In this document: piece after piece, positions 29,104-38,375 of the stretch
Layout of the letters: each line of letters begins with the position of its first letter
Position numbering within the stretch: the stretch's first letter is position 1
Assembly: GCA_013334855.1 (NCBI GenBank)
Contig: JAAXWU010000002.1
Span: 3,080-67,079 of the forward strand
Reading direction: 5' to 3'
DNA length: 64,000 nucleotides
Source of the DNA: Chlorobaculum sp.
Lineage (GTDB): Bacteria; Bacteroidota; Chlorobiia; Chlorobiales; Chlorobiaceae
Position numbers and translations under genes: made by a program
The notes under the pieces: model-generated
Seen by the model: the letters and a program-made list of their open reading frames with translations, nothing else
Told to the model about the DNA's origin: nothing
Databases searched by the model: none

Positions 29104-30321
29104 TCAGGCTTTGTGATACTCCCTCGTGCGATGGTGGTGTCCCTGCTTTTCGAGGTCGAACGGAATATGGAGCCACTTGTCCTTGAAGACGGCATCGCCG
29201 GGTTCGAGACCGGTCAGACTGACCGGAAGGGTGATGATCTTGCGCTGGTTGCCGATCTGCACGTAGAGTTCATCACCGGTGACCCACACATCGATATCGA
29301 CGGGGTTGGCGAACATGAGCTTGAGCTGCACTTCGTAAACATCTCCCTGACGCACGAACTTGATCGGCGGTTCGTCGTACATGAGGCCGGAGGGATCGGT
29401 GTCGCCGTAAATGTCGTGCGCAAAAACTTCAAGCGACTTGACGCCGACGATCTCCTGATCGTACATTTTGAGCTTCTTGACCGGCAGCGGCGAGAAGCCC
29501 TCTTCGATTTCGCCGAGATATTTCTGCTGGATGGCTTTCCACTTTTCGAGGTAACCGCTGTCTTCCTGCGCGTCGAGCAGCTTGTTGACCAGCACCATAT
29601 CGACCTTGAAGCCGTAGAGGTTCAGGTAGGTCAGGGCGCGCATGGTCTCCTTGATCGACATCTTCTCGGCGTTCATGACCAGTCGGACGGTCGATTTGAC
29701 GTTGTCGGTCAGAATTTCCCGAATGTCTTCAAGCTCGTCGAACACCATATCAACCGACTCGATGGCGTCTTCCGGCGGAATATAGTAGGCTATCTTGTCC
29801 GACATCTTGGAGAGCGGCTTGCTGAGCGGACGGACAATGTATTTGTTGACGTTCTTGACCGCCTTCATTCCCCATGAAAGGGTGTCGGGCAACGAAAGCA
29901 GACGGAGCGTTTCGCCGGTGGGGGCCGTGTCGAGCACGAGCGCGTCGTAAAGACCAGCGGACTTGTAACGTTTGATGCGGAGCAGCGAGAACAGCTCCTC
30001 CATACCCGGCAGAATCGTCATCTCATCGGCCATGACGCCCGAGACGCCCTGGGCCATAAAAATACGGGTATAGTACTTCTGTACCGAATGCCAGTTCTGC
30101 TTGAGGTCAACGTAGGGGTTCACCTCGATAGCATGAAGATTTTCCTTGATCTTGGTCGGCTCGGCGCCAAGCTGGAGATTGAAAGAGTCAGAAAGGCTGT
30201 GAGCGGGATCGGTTGAGAGCACCAGAGTACGATGCCCCAATTCGGAAAGACGGACTGCCGTGGCGGCAGAGACGCTTGTTTTGCCTACACCACCCTTACC
30301 AGTGAAAGTTAATATACGCAT
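29104..30321 (-). CDS. ArsA/Get3-family ATPase with C-terminal HSP20/alpha-crystallin-like domain
   Basis: [25 protein letters not shown]; C-terminal GDELYVQIGNQRKIITLP. Confidence 0.9.
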   Translation of the reverse strand: MRILTFTGKGGVGKTSVSAATAVRLSELGHRTLVLSTDPAHSLSDSFNLQLGAEPTKIKENLHAIEVNPYVDLKQNWHSVQKYYTRIFMAQGVSGVMADEMTILPGMEELFSLLRIKRYKSAGLYDALVLDTAPTGETLRLLSLPDTLSWGMKAVKNVNKYIVRPLSKPLSKMSDKIAYYIPPEDAIESVDMVFDELEDIREILTDNVKSTVRLVMNAEKMSIKETMRALTYLNLYGFKVDMVLVNKLLDAQEDSGYLEKWKAIQQKYLGEIEEGFSPLPVKKLKMYDQEIVGVKSLEVFAHDIYGDTDPSGLMYDEPPIKFVRQGDVYEVQLKLMFANPVDIDVWVTGDELYVQIGNQRKIITLPVSLTGLEPGDAVFKDKWLHIPFDLEKQGHHHRTREYHKA

Positions 30322-30646
30322 GAACCAGGCATTGGAAGATTATTATACAGCCAAGATTGCTAAGATATACTTCTCCCGTCATTCTGCAAAAGAACATTCG
30401 TTCCATCGCTCGTTCACTGCATAACCGTGCAGTAGAAAAGCAAAGCACTGCGGCGCTTTCGATGTCACTATATGATTGTTTAACAATCGCTTATAATGAT
30501 TTGAACAAGCTTGGACCTGTGAATCTCATTTGCAAAATCGAGGCAGGGACTCTTAATTAGTTATCAGATAATTTCCAAAAGCGGGCAAGAGGCTTGCCGA
30601 AATCGTCTAGCCCGTCTGAAAACCGCAACCCGCAACGCTCGCGCCC

Positions 30647-31438
30647 ATGCTTCAAACCAGCGCCATTTCCGATGTCAGAACCCGCATCACGGCCATTCGG
30701 CCTGCGGGAGCGGATGTCTCGATCCTTTCGATGAGTTGCCCAGAAATCGCCGCCGTCGCCCGTCCGGGTAACTTCGTCAACATCAAGGTCAACGCCGCCG
30801 ACCAGCCGCTGCTCCGCCGTCCCTTCTGCATCCATAACGTGCAGGGCGACACGATCGACGTCATGGTCAAGAACGTCGGGCGCGGCACCTCGCTGCTCTG
30901 CGAAGCGTCGTGCGGCGAGAGCCTGATGGTGCTCGGCCCGCTCGGCAACTCCTTCGGCACCGGCACCGGGGATTTCGACACCGCGCTGCTCGTCTCGGGC
31001 GGCATCGGCACAGCGCCGATGCTCTTCCTCGAAAAAACGCTGGCGGCGGCTGGCATTTCTTTCCATCACCTTGTGGGAGGCAGGAGCCACACCGATCTCT
31101 TGACCACCGGCCTTTCCAACGTCACCACATCGACCGATGACGGCTCCGAAGGGTTTCACGGCAATGTGGTGCAGCTTCTCGAAAAGCATCTGGCGGAACG
31201 TGAGGTCGGACGGGTCAAGGTGTTCGCCTGCGGCCCCAATGCGATGCTCCGGGCGCTGGCCCGCTTCTGCCGCGACCGCGCCATTGCGTGCGAACTGTCG
31301 CTCGAATCGGTCATGGGGTGCGGCGTCGGCATCTGCTACGGCTGCATGGTCGAACTCACCAACGCCGACGGAGAGAAGGAGAGCATCCTGCTCTGCCGGG
31401 AAGGCCCGGTCATCGACGGCAGCCGCTTTACCGCGTGA
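30647..31438 (+). CDS. pyrK: Dihydroorotate dehydrogenase electron transfer subunit
   Basis: LRRPF, GPLGNSF, GGIGTAP, CGP, MGCGVGICYGC...C 2Fe-2S motif. Confidence 0.88.
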   Translation: MLQTSAISDVRTRITAIRPAGADVSILSMSCPEIAAVARPGNFVNIKVNAADQPLLRRPFCIHNVQGDTIDVMVKNVGRGTSLLCEASCGESLMVLGPLGNSFGTGTGDFDTALLVSGGIGTAPMLFLEKTLAAAGISFHHLVGGRSHTDLLTTGLSNVTTSTDDGSEGFHGNVVQLLEKHLAEREVGRVKVFACGPNAMLRALARFCRDRAIACELSLESVMGCGVGICYGCMVELTNADGEKESILLCREGPVIDGSRFTA

Positions 31439-31524
31439 CTTGAAGAAGAAAGAATAATCATGTAGCTTGCAGCTCAAAGCTGACAATCGAAGAACTGAAG
31501 AACCGATAAATCCCGCATACAACT

Positions 31525-32025
31525 ATGGCAAGAGGTTTGAATAAAGTAATGCTGATCGGCCACCTCGGCAACGATCCGGAACGCCGGGAAACCGCATCGG
31601 GACAAACCGTCGTCAATTTCACCCTCGCGACCAGCGAAGGGTTCAAGGACAGCAGCGGTAACCTCCAGGAGCGCACCGAGTGGCACCGCATCGTCGTGTG
31701 GGGCAAGCTGGCCGACATTTGCAGCCAGTACCTCAAGAAAGGGCGACAGGTCTACCTCGAAGGGCGGTTGCAGACCCGCTCGTGGGACGACAGTAAAACC
31801 GGCGAAAAGAAATACACCACCGAAATCGTGTGCAGCGACATGCAGATGCTCGGCTCTGGCCGGGACTCCGGCGGCGGCATGGGCGGCGATCAATCCTTCC
31901 CGCAGGAGCGCCAGCAGTATTCGCGCCCGTCGAGACCGGCCGAACCCCCTGCCGGTAATTACGGCGAGCGCCCCGCTTCCGGCGGCGGCGTGCAGGAGTT
32001 CGAAAAGGACGACCTGCCCTTCTGA
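31525..32025 (+). CDS. ssb: Single-stranded DNA-binding protein
   Basis: [28 protein letters not shown]-terminal DDLPF. Confidence 0.97.
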   Translation: MARGLNKVMLIGHLGNDPERRETASGQTVVNFTLATSEGFKDSSGNLQERTEWHRIVVWGKLADICSQYLKKGRQVYLEGRLQTRSWDDSKTGEKKYTTEIVCSDMQMLGSGRDSGGGMGGDQSFPQERQQYSRPSRPAEPPAGNYGERPASGGGVQEFEKDDLPF

Positions 32026-32050
32026 TCCGGGCCTGACGCACTGAAACCGC

Positions 32051-33091
32051 ATGGCTGACCTGAAAAAACAGATCGCCTCAGGCAAGATCGCCCCTGTCTA
32101 CTTTTTTCAGGGCGCGGAAAGCTGGCTCAAGGAGGAGATCGAGGAGCAACTGAAGGCGGCGCTCTTTCCCTCGGAAAACGAGGCCGCCCTCAACACGCTC
32201 GTCCTGTACGGCCCCGATGTGACGCTCGGGCAGATCGTTTCGGCGGCCTCCGAGTACCCGATGTTCACCGAAAAAAAGCTGATCGTCGTCCGCCAGTTCG
32301 ACAAGCTCAAGAAAGTGACCGGCAAGGATGCGGCGCAGCAGCAGGATGAGTCGCTCCAGCGCTACCTCACCGATCCCCCTTCCTTCGCGGTGCTCGTGCT
32401 CGACGCGGACGAGGTCGACAAAAAGGAGCTTGAAAAAGCGCCGTTCAAGCATCTCAAAGCGTTTCGTCACGACTTCCCGGCCATCAAAAATGCGGATGCC
32501 TTCGCCGCGGAAAGAGCGCGGGAATCGGGCTGGGAGTTCGAACCCGACGCGCTGAAAACCTTCGCGGCCTACATCGAGCCATCATCCCGGCTGATCTGCC
32601 AGGAGATCGAAAAGCTCACGCTGTATGCATCGGACAAGCGCCCCGACCGGCGCATCAACCTCGACGACGTCTGCGACTGCGTCGGCATCTCGCGCAAATA
32701 CAACGTCTTCGAGCTTGAAAAAGCGGTGGTCTCCAAAAATCTCCGCCAGTGCAGCGGCGTGGCGCTGATGATCATGGAGCAGGAGGGGCAGAAGGAGGGA
32801 CTCATGAACATCGTACGCTACCTGACCACCTTTTTCCTGCGCATCTGGAAACTACAGACGCCGGGCGCGCAACAACTTTCGCTCCAGGAGACAGCCGCGA
32901 TGCTCGGCATGTACGGGCGTCAGGAGTTCTTCGCCAAAAACTTCATCGGCTACGCCCGCCAGTTCAGCGCCGCCGAAACCGAAAAAGCGATCCTCGCCCT
33001 GCGCGAAGCCGACGCCGCGCTCAAGGGCATCATCCCCTCGCCCGACGATAAATTCACGCTGCTGAAGCTGATGCAACGAATGTTCAGTTGA
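32051..33091 (+). CDS. holA: DNA polymerase III delta subunit
   Basis: PVYFFQGAE, YPMFTEKKLIVV, QEIEKL, GISRKYNVFEL. Confidence 0.88.
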   Translation: MADLKKQIASGKIAPVYFFQGAESWLKEEIEEQLKAALFPSENEAALNTLVLYGPDVTLGQIVSAASEYPMFTEKKLIVVRQFDKLKKVTGKDAAQQQDESLQRYLTDPPSFAVLVLDADEVDKKELEKAPFKHLKAFRHDFPAIKNADAFAAERARESGWEFEPDALKTFAAYIEPSSRLICQEIEKLTLYASDKRPDRRINLDDVCDCVGISRKYNVFELEKAVVSKNLRQCSGVALMIMEQEGQKEGLMNIVRYLTTFFLRIWKLQTPGAQQLSLQETAAMLGMYGRQEFFAKNFIGYARQFSAAETEKAILALREADAALKGIIPSPDDKFTLLKLMQRMFS

Positions 33092-33119
33092 AAGGCATTA
33101 CAAGGCCACTGAATTTTTT

Positions 33120-33152
33120 ATCCACAAAGTCCACTTCGTCCACAACGTCCAC
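33120..33152. repeat. GTCCAC nonamer tandem repeat
   Basis: (a/g)tccac at 33120, 33129, 33138, 33147. Confidence 0.65.
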
Positions 33153-33170
33153 AGTCTGGGTTCCAGCCTT

Positions 33171-34166
33171 TCAGCGATGTAAAAAAGAGAAGGGCAACCG
33201 CCTCAGCGACTTGAAGATTGCGTCTCGCGCACGCAAGCGGAAATCGCGACTGAAGCTGTCCTGCCGCCCGCCCCTCACATACCACCTGATCAGCTCCGGC
33301 AAATCGAGGAGTAAAGAATCCCTGAATTTCGTGAACTCTTTTTCGTTGTACCAAAGATTGGCGAGAACGACCTTGTCGAGAGCGAGATTGGATTTCAGAA
33401 CAGGTTCGATCCCGGCGGGAACCCCTGCCAGCAACGCCTTTCGCTCCACCGCGCACTTCGACTCCATCATCGCCATGCGTTTGCGGGACTCGTTGGCCTC
33501 GTGCATCCGCCAGACGGAGAGCGCTTTTTCGGTGTAACCATAGACCGGAAATCCGGCAAGCGCGATCCTGAGATACATATCCCAGTCATCGTGCGGACGG
33601 GTACTGTCGTCGAAACCACCGACCACTCTGAACACCTCGCGATGCACCACAGGTGAGGAGGAGTGGATAAAATTCTCATCGGCCAGAGCAGGCAAGAGAT
33701 CGTCACCCGAAATCCTCGAAAGATATTTGTTCAGCACTTTCGACGACTTCTTTTCACGTATTTTCCCCTCACCATCGATCACATCGACCGGTGAAACCAC
33801 CATGCATGGCGTTCTAATCGGGTCGATCATCGCGATCTGCCTGGCCAGTTTGTCCGGATACCAGAAATCATCCTGATCCAGAAAAGCGATATAGTCACCC
33901 CGGCACTGCCCGATAGCGAAATTCCGGGTAACGGCGACGCCTTCGTTCGGCTTGGTGAAAACCCTGATCCGCCCGTCGTCCGGCAACACGCTCCTGAACG
34001 CTTCACTGCCGCCATCATTGACCAGCACCAGTTCGAGCACCGGCATTGTCTGAGAGAGAACCGACGCAACCGCCTGCCTGAAAAGCTCCGTTTCGGGATT
34101 GTAAACGGCAATTACCGCGGAAACTGCCTGTGCTGAGCGCTCGATATCGGCATGATCAGCGGCCAC
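33171..34166 (-). CDS. Glycosyltransferase family 2
   Basis: SAVIAVYN, VNDG, NEGVAVTRN, FLDQDDFW, DDWD. Confidence 0.9.
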   Translation of the reverse strand: MAADHADIERSAQAVSAVIAVYNPETELFRQAVASVLSQTMPVLELVLVNDGGSEAFRSVLPDDGRIRVFTKPNEGVAVTRNFAIGQCRGDYIAFLDQDDFWYPDKLARQIAMIDPIRTPCMVVSPVDVIDGEGKIREKKSSKVLNKYLSRISGDDLLPALADENFIHSSSPVVHREVFRVVGGFDDSTRPHDDWDMYLRIALAGFPVYGYTEKALSVWRMHEANESRKRMAMMESKCAVERKALLAGVPAGIEPVLKSNLALDKVVLANLWYNEKEFTKFRDSLLLDLPELIRWYVRGGRQDSFSRDFRLRARDAIFKSLRRLPFSFLHR

Positions 34167-34483
34167 GGCTTACTCCCGGCGGACTTTCAGATGAAGAGTG
34201 ACGCATTATTTTTGAAATAACTAAATAAATAATAGATGAACCTTCGGCCAAGGCATCGAGATCACGCCGGAAACCGAAATTTCCGGTTATGCGCTGATCA
34301 AGATACGACTTTTATTCCCTCCATTTTGGCAGCATCGCATGATCAGTGCATCGGGGACAACCCGAAACAACCACTTGCTCCATGCAGTACGGAAGACAGA
34401 CAATCTGCCGAAATCCAGAAAACCATCTTTTTGCAATATTCGATTATATTCAGGTTCTGGTTATCATGAATATCTGTTTCTCC

Positions 34484-36454
34484 ATGAAATTACTGCTGAG
34501 AATACTCCGCTATCTGGCTCCATCGAAAGGAAAAATCGCCCTGGTTGTCCTGGTGAGTATGCTTACGTCGCTCTTCAGCGTCGTGTCGATCTATTCGATT
34601 CTTCCGCTGCTCAACGAGGTATTCTCATCATCCCGGCCGGTTCAACAAAGCGGGCAGCCAACCGTCGCTACCCCACTGCCTACGCTGAAACCACAACAGA
34701 CGACGCAGCCTGGCCCTGAAAAAACAAAGTTCTTGGTACCGACGACAACAACCGCTCAAGGCAAAGCTCTGAGCCAGGCCGAACGCATGAAAACCTGGGC
34801 GCTCGAACGGTTCCAGGCGATGTTCAGCGCGCCGACAAGAGAAGAGAAACTCCTGAAAATCTGTCTCTTCCTGATCTCTGTGTTCGCCCTGAAAAACCTG
34901 TTCATCTATCTGAACAAGCAGATCATCTTCCGCATCCAGACCAAAACCGCCAAAAAGCTTCGTGATGACGTCTTCAGCAGCATCATCGAAATGCAGCTCG
35001 ACTATTTCAACAAGAACAAGGTCGGCAATCTGATGAACTACGTCTATAACGATGTGGAGAACGTCAACAACAGCATCAGCTCCACCTTCGTTAACTTCCT
35101 GCAGAACCCCTTTTCGATCGTCATCTATCTTGCCGTGCTGCTCGCCCTGAGCTGGCAACTGACTCTTTTTTCGGCTGTGACCTCGATTGGAATCCTCCTC
35201 CTGGTACGCTCTGTCGGCAAGAATATCCGGGGGCTGGCCCGCAGTTACCAGATCAGCATGGGTGACATGAACTCGGTGCTCCAGGAAAAGTTCAGCGGCA
35301 TCAAGGTCATTAAATCGACCGCCTTCGAGGAGGTCGAACTCGACAGATTCAAGAGCTTCACCAAGGATTTCCGCAAGCTCGGAATTCGCATCGCGCAGCT
35401 CAGAAACATGATCGGGCCACTCAACGAGTCGCTCATGATCGCAGCCATCGCCATGGTGCTCTGGTTCGGCGGTCTTCAGGTGTTTCATGGCGTGATGACG
35501 GCCAACGAACTGCTCGTCTTCGCCTTCACCCTCTACTCGACGATGGGGCCGATCAAATCGCTCGGCGACGCCAACACCGCCATACAGGCGGGACTGGTCT
35601 CGGTGGATCGGCTCTTTGAGGTGCTCGACGCCAAGCCAGCAATCATTAACGGTACGCGGCGCATCAGTTCCTTCAGTGATTCGATTCGCTTCGAGGATGT
35701 CTCTTTCAAGTACAACAAGGAGCAACCCGATGCGCCGAACATTCTCGACCACGTCTCGTTCGAGATCAAAAAAGGGGAGATGGTGGCGCTCATCGGCCAG
35801 TCGGGTTCCGGTAAATCGACGGCGGTCGATCTGCTCATGCGCTTCTACGATGTCGATTCAGGATGCATCACCATCGACGGCATCGACATTCGCGAGTTCG
35901 ATTACAAGCAGTTGCGCAAAATGATCGGCGTGGTCAGTCAGGAGGTGATCCTGTTCAACGACACCATCGAGCAGAATATCGCCTACGGCGTGCATGAGGA
36001 GATCAGCCGCACTCATATCGAAAAGGCCGCGAAACTGGCCAATGCGCACCAGTTCATCATGGATAAACCCGATCAGTACGACACCATGATCGGCGACCGC
36101 GGTATCCAGCTCTCCGGCGGCCAGCGTCAGCGTATCGCCATTGCGCGGGCGATGGTCAAGAATCCCGAACTGCTCATCTTCGACGAAGCCACCAGCGCGC
36201 TCGACAACGAGTCGGAAAAGGTGGTGCAGCAGGCCATCGACCATGCCATGGAAGAGCGCACGGCGCTTGTGGTCGCCCACCGCTTATCGACTATCAAAAA
36301 CGCCGACAAGATTATCGTGATGGAACGAGGTAAAGTGGTCGAATCGGGCAACCACCAGTCGCTCCTCGAAAAGAAGGGCGTATACAAGATGCTTTATGAT
36401 ATTCAGTTCGCCGGGAAAGCCGCTCAGAATGAGGACGCCGCTAATGCCTCCTGA
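34484..36454 (+). CDS. MsbA-like lipid/glycolipid ABC exporter (start moved to ATG 34484)
   Basis: TM domain plus GQSGSGKST, LSGGQRQR, DEATSALD, AHRLST. Confidence 0.9.
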   Translation: MKLLLRILRYLAPSKGKIALVVLVSMLTSLFSVVSIYSILPLLNEVFSSSRPVQQSGQPTVATPLPTLKPQQTTQPGPEKTKFLVPTTTTAQGKALSQAERMKTWALERFQAMFSAPTREEKLLKICLFLISVFALKNLFIYLNKQIIFRIQTKTAKKLRDDVFSSIIEMQLDYFNKNKVGNLMNYVYNDVENVNNSISSTFVNFLQNPFSIVIYLAVLLALSWQLTLFSAVTSIGILLLVRSVGKNIRGLARSYQISMGDMNSVLQEKFSGIKVIKSTAFEEVELDRFKSFTKDFRKLGIRIAQLRNMIGPLNESLMIAAIAMVLWFGGLQVFHGVMTANELLVFAFTLYSTMGPIKSLGDANTAIQAGLVSVDRLFEVLDAKPAIINGTRRISSFSDSIRFEDVSFKYNKEQPDAPNILDHVSFEIKKGEMVALIGQSGSGKSTAVDLLMRFYDVDSGCITIDGIDIREFDYKQLRKMIGVVSQEVILFNDTIEQNIAYGVHEEISRTHIEKAAKLANAHQFIMDKPDQYDTMIGDRGIQLSGGQRQRIAIARAMVKNPELLIFDEATSALDNESEKVVQQAIDHAMEERTALVVAHRLSTIKNADKIIVMERGKVVESGNHQSLLEKKGVYKMLYDIQFAGKAAQNEDAANAS

Positions 36455-36498
36455 GGCAGTAAAAGCATGTCTGCCGCGATGCGGCATCGATCTTCCGA

Positions 36499-37428
36499 TC
36501 AGAGTATCCTGAAAAACCAGTGTGGCAAGGTTGCGATCAACCGGACAAGACGCTGAGGATACTTTATGGTAAAGCGGAAATATGCCGCATGACGAAGATA
36601 AGTCTCAAGGTTCAGCAGTTTCTTTTTTCTGAGCCTTTTGATTGCCGATAAAGTGAAGACACCGGACTTGACACCATGATCCATCGCACACTTCAGCTTG
36701 CTGTCGAGACTGTATGACGACGGAAGCGAAAACACAAAGTTCGCCCATCGCTTCGTCCAGATTTCAAAGGTCTGCGCCTCCCAGCTCGTTTTCTTCACGC
36801 CAGGTATTTTGAGTCCATTCACAGAATGCTGGGGAAGCCACTTCACCTTGAATGGTCTGTCTGCAAGATACTCGAATATGATTCCTGTCTGCAAAAAGTT
36901 GGTATCACGGTATCTCTTAAAATGCGCCTCCTGAATCAGTCGTCTACTATACACTGCCGACCCAATGCAGGTCATATGCCATCCCAGATCGGCAAGTAAT
37001 TTGTTCCGATCTGTATATATTTGTTCCGGGACATCGGTCACACGATCCGAAACATTAAAAAGTATAACATCGTAATCATCTTCCTCTGTTTCTGCCAACG
37101 CAGCCTTGAAAGCCTTCTCTGGAATAAGGTAAGTATCACCAAGTAGCCATACATAATCTGATTCAGCATATCCAAGAACTATCTCGAAGTTTTCGTCTGG
37201 AGGTATCGTGCATTCATTACGACAATATTTGATGTATTCATTTTCCTTACAATATCTATCGGCAACCTCTTTTGTATCATCAGTTGACGCATTGTCTGAT
37301 ATAATTATTGATGCGCCACTTGCTTTCTTTATATAGCCATGTTCAAAAAGACTACGATCAAGAAAACCACATCTATTGTAAGTTGGAATAGAGATGGCGA
37401 TTCGGGAAGACCTTTGCATGTAAGGCAT
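36499..37428 (-). CDS. GT2 glycosyltransferase, RfbV/abequosyltransferase-like
   Basis: ISIPTYNR, ISDNASTD, YVWLLGD; downstream of a CDP-dideoxysugar pathway. Confidence 0.75.
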   Translation of the reverse strand: MPYMQRSSRIAISIPTYNRCGFLDRSLFEHGYIKKASGASIIISDNASTDDTKEVADRYCKENEYIKYCRNECTIPPDENFEIVLGYAESDYVWLLGDTYLIPEKAFKAALAETEEDDYDVILFNVSDRVTDVPEQIYTDRNKLLADLGWHMTCIGSAVYSRRLIQEAHFKRYRDTNFLQTGIIFEYLADRPFKVKWLPQHSVNGLKIPGVKKTSWEAQTFEIWTKRWANFVFSLPSSYSLDSKLKCAMDHGVKSGVFTLSAIKRLRKKKLLNLETYLRHAAYFRFTIKYPQRLVRLIATLPHWFFRIL

Positions 37429-38375
37429 TACTCCTTCTCGTCAAAATTTATACGATCAGCCTCATACACTCTTGGACGCGCAAGAACCTGTGTATATATT
37501 GCCCCAACATACTCTCCAAGAATACCAATAAAAAACAACAGTACTCCGAAAAGAAAGAAATTGCCAATCAACATTGGTGCGATACCTGCTTGAAATGTAT
37601 CCCAGAAAATAATCTTTCCAACTAAAAATCCAACACCAACCATAAGGCTTATAAGGGAAAGAATAAATCCAAAAAAAGTGGCAATTCTTAACGGGACTTT
37701 GGAATTACTGATGATTCCAAGAATACCCATATCGTACAGTGTAAAGAAATTGTTTTTGGTAATACCTCTTTCACGTCTTGGTTGTGTATAGGGTATCCTT
37801 TCTACTCTAAAGCCAATTTCAGCGATGATTCCCCTGAAAAATGGGTACGGGTCTGAAATATTCTTAAGAATCTCTATAATCTTTCGATCATAAAGGCCGA
37901 ACCCGGTATAGTTCTGGATAATAGCTGCATCAGATAGCTGCTTGAGCAATCCATAATAAAGCTTTCGTATCCTGAACATGAGAGGATTTTCCTCGCTTTC
38001 CTGCTTCACCGCAACAACAATATGCGCTCCATTTTCCCACATTCTTACCATATCGGGAATCATTTCCGGGGGGTCCTGCAGATCAGCTACAATGGAAATC
38101 ACTGCGTCACCATCCGCTTGAATAAGTCCGTGGTACGGCGAGCGAATATGCCCGAAATTCCTGGAGTTCACAATAACCTTAACGTTACTGTCAAGGGCAG
38201 CGATCCTTTTCAATATCATTACTGTATCATCTTCCGATGCATTATCTATAAACAGATGTTCATATGCAAAGTGCGGTAATAATGACACAAATACCGTCTT
38301 GACACGTTCATAAACATTTTGAATGTTCTCTTCCTCGTTATAGCACGCTGTTACTACAACAATCTTCTTCATCAT
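37428..38375 (-). CDS. GtrB-like bactoprenol glycosyltransferase (GT2 with two C-terminal TMs)
   Basis: CYNEEENI, SRNFGH, ADLQDPPE, FFRG, GILGEYVGAIY...RP. Confidence 0.88.
   Translation of the reverse strand: MMKKIVVVTACYNEEENIQNVYERVKTVFVSLLPHFAYEHLFIDNASEDDTVMILKRIAALDSNVKVIVNSRNFGHIRSPYHGLIQADGDAVISIVADLQDPPEMIPDMVRMWENGAHIVVAVKQESEENPLMFRIRKLYYGLLKQLSDAAIIQNYTGFGLYDRKIIEILKNISDPYPFFRGIIAEIGFRVERIPYTQPRRERGITKNNFFTLYDMGILGIISNSKVPLRIATFFGFILSLISLMVGVGFLVGKIIFWDTFQAGIAPMLIGNFFLFGVLLFFIGILGEYVGAIYTQVLARPRVYEADRINFDEKE

Noticed and set aside
24355-30321. ArsA genes as an arsenic resistance operon
   Set aside because: Single-domain ATPases with an HSP20-like tail, no arsB/C/R/D nearby, and chlorosome gene context
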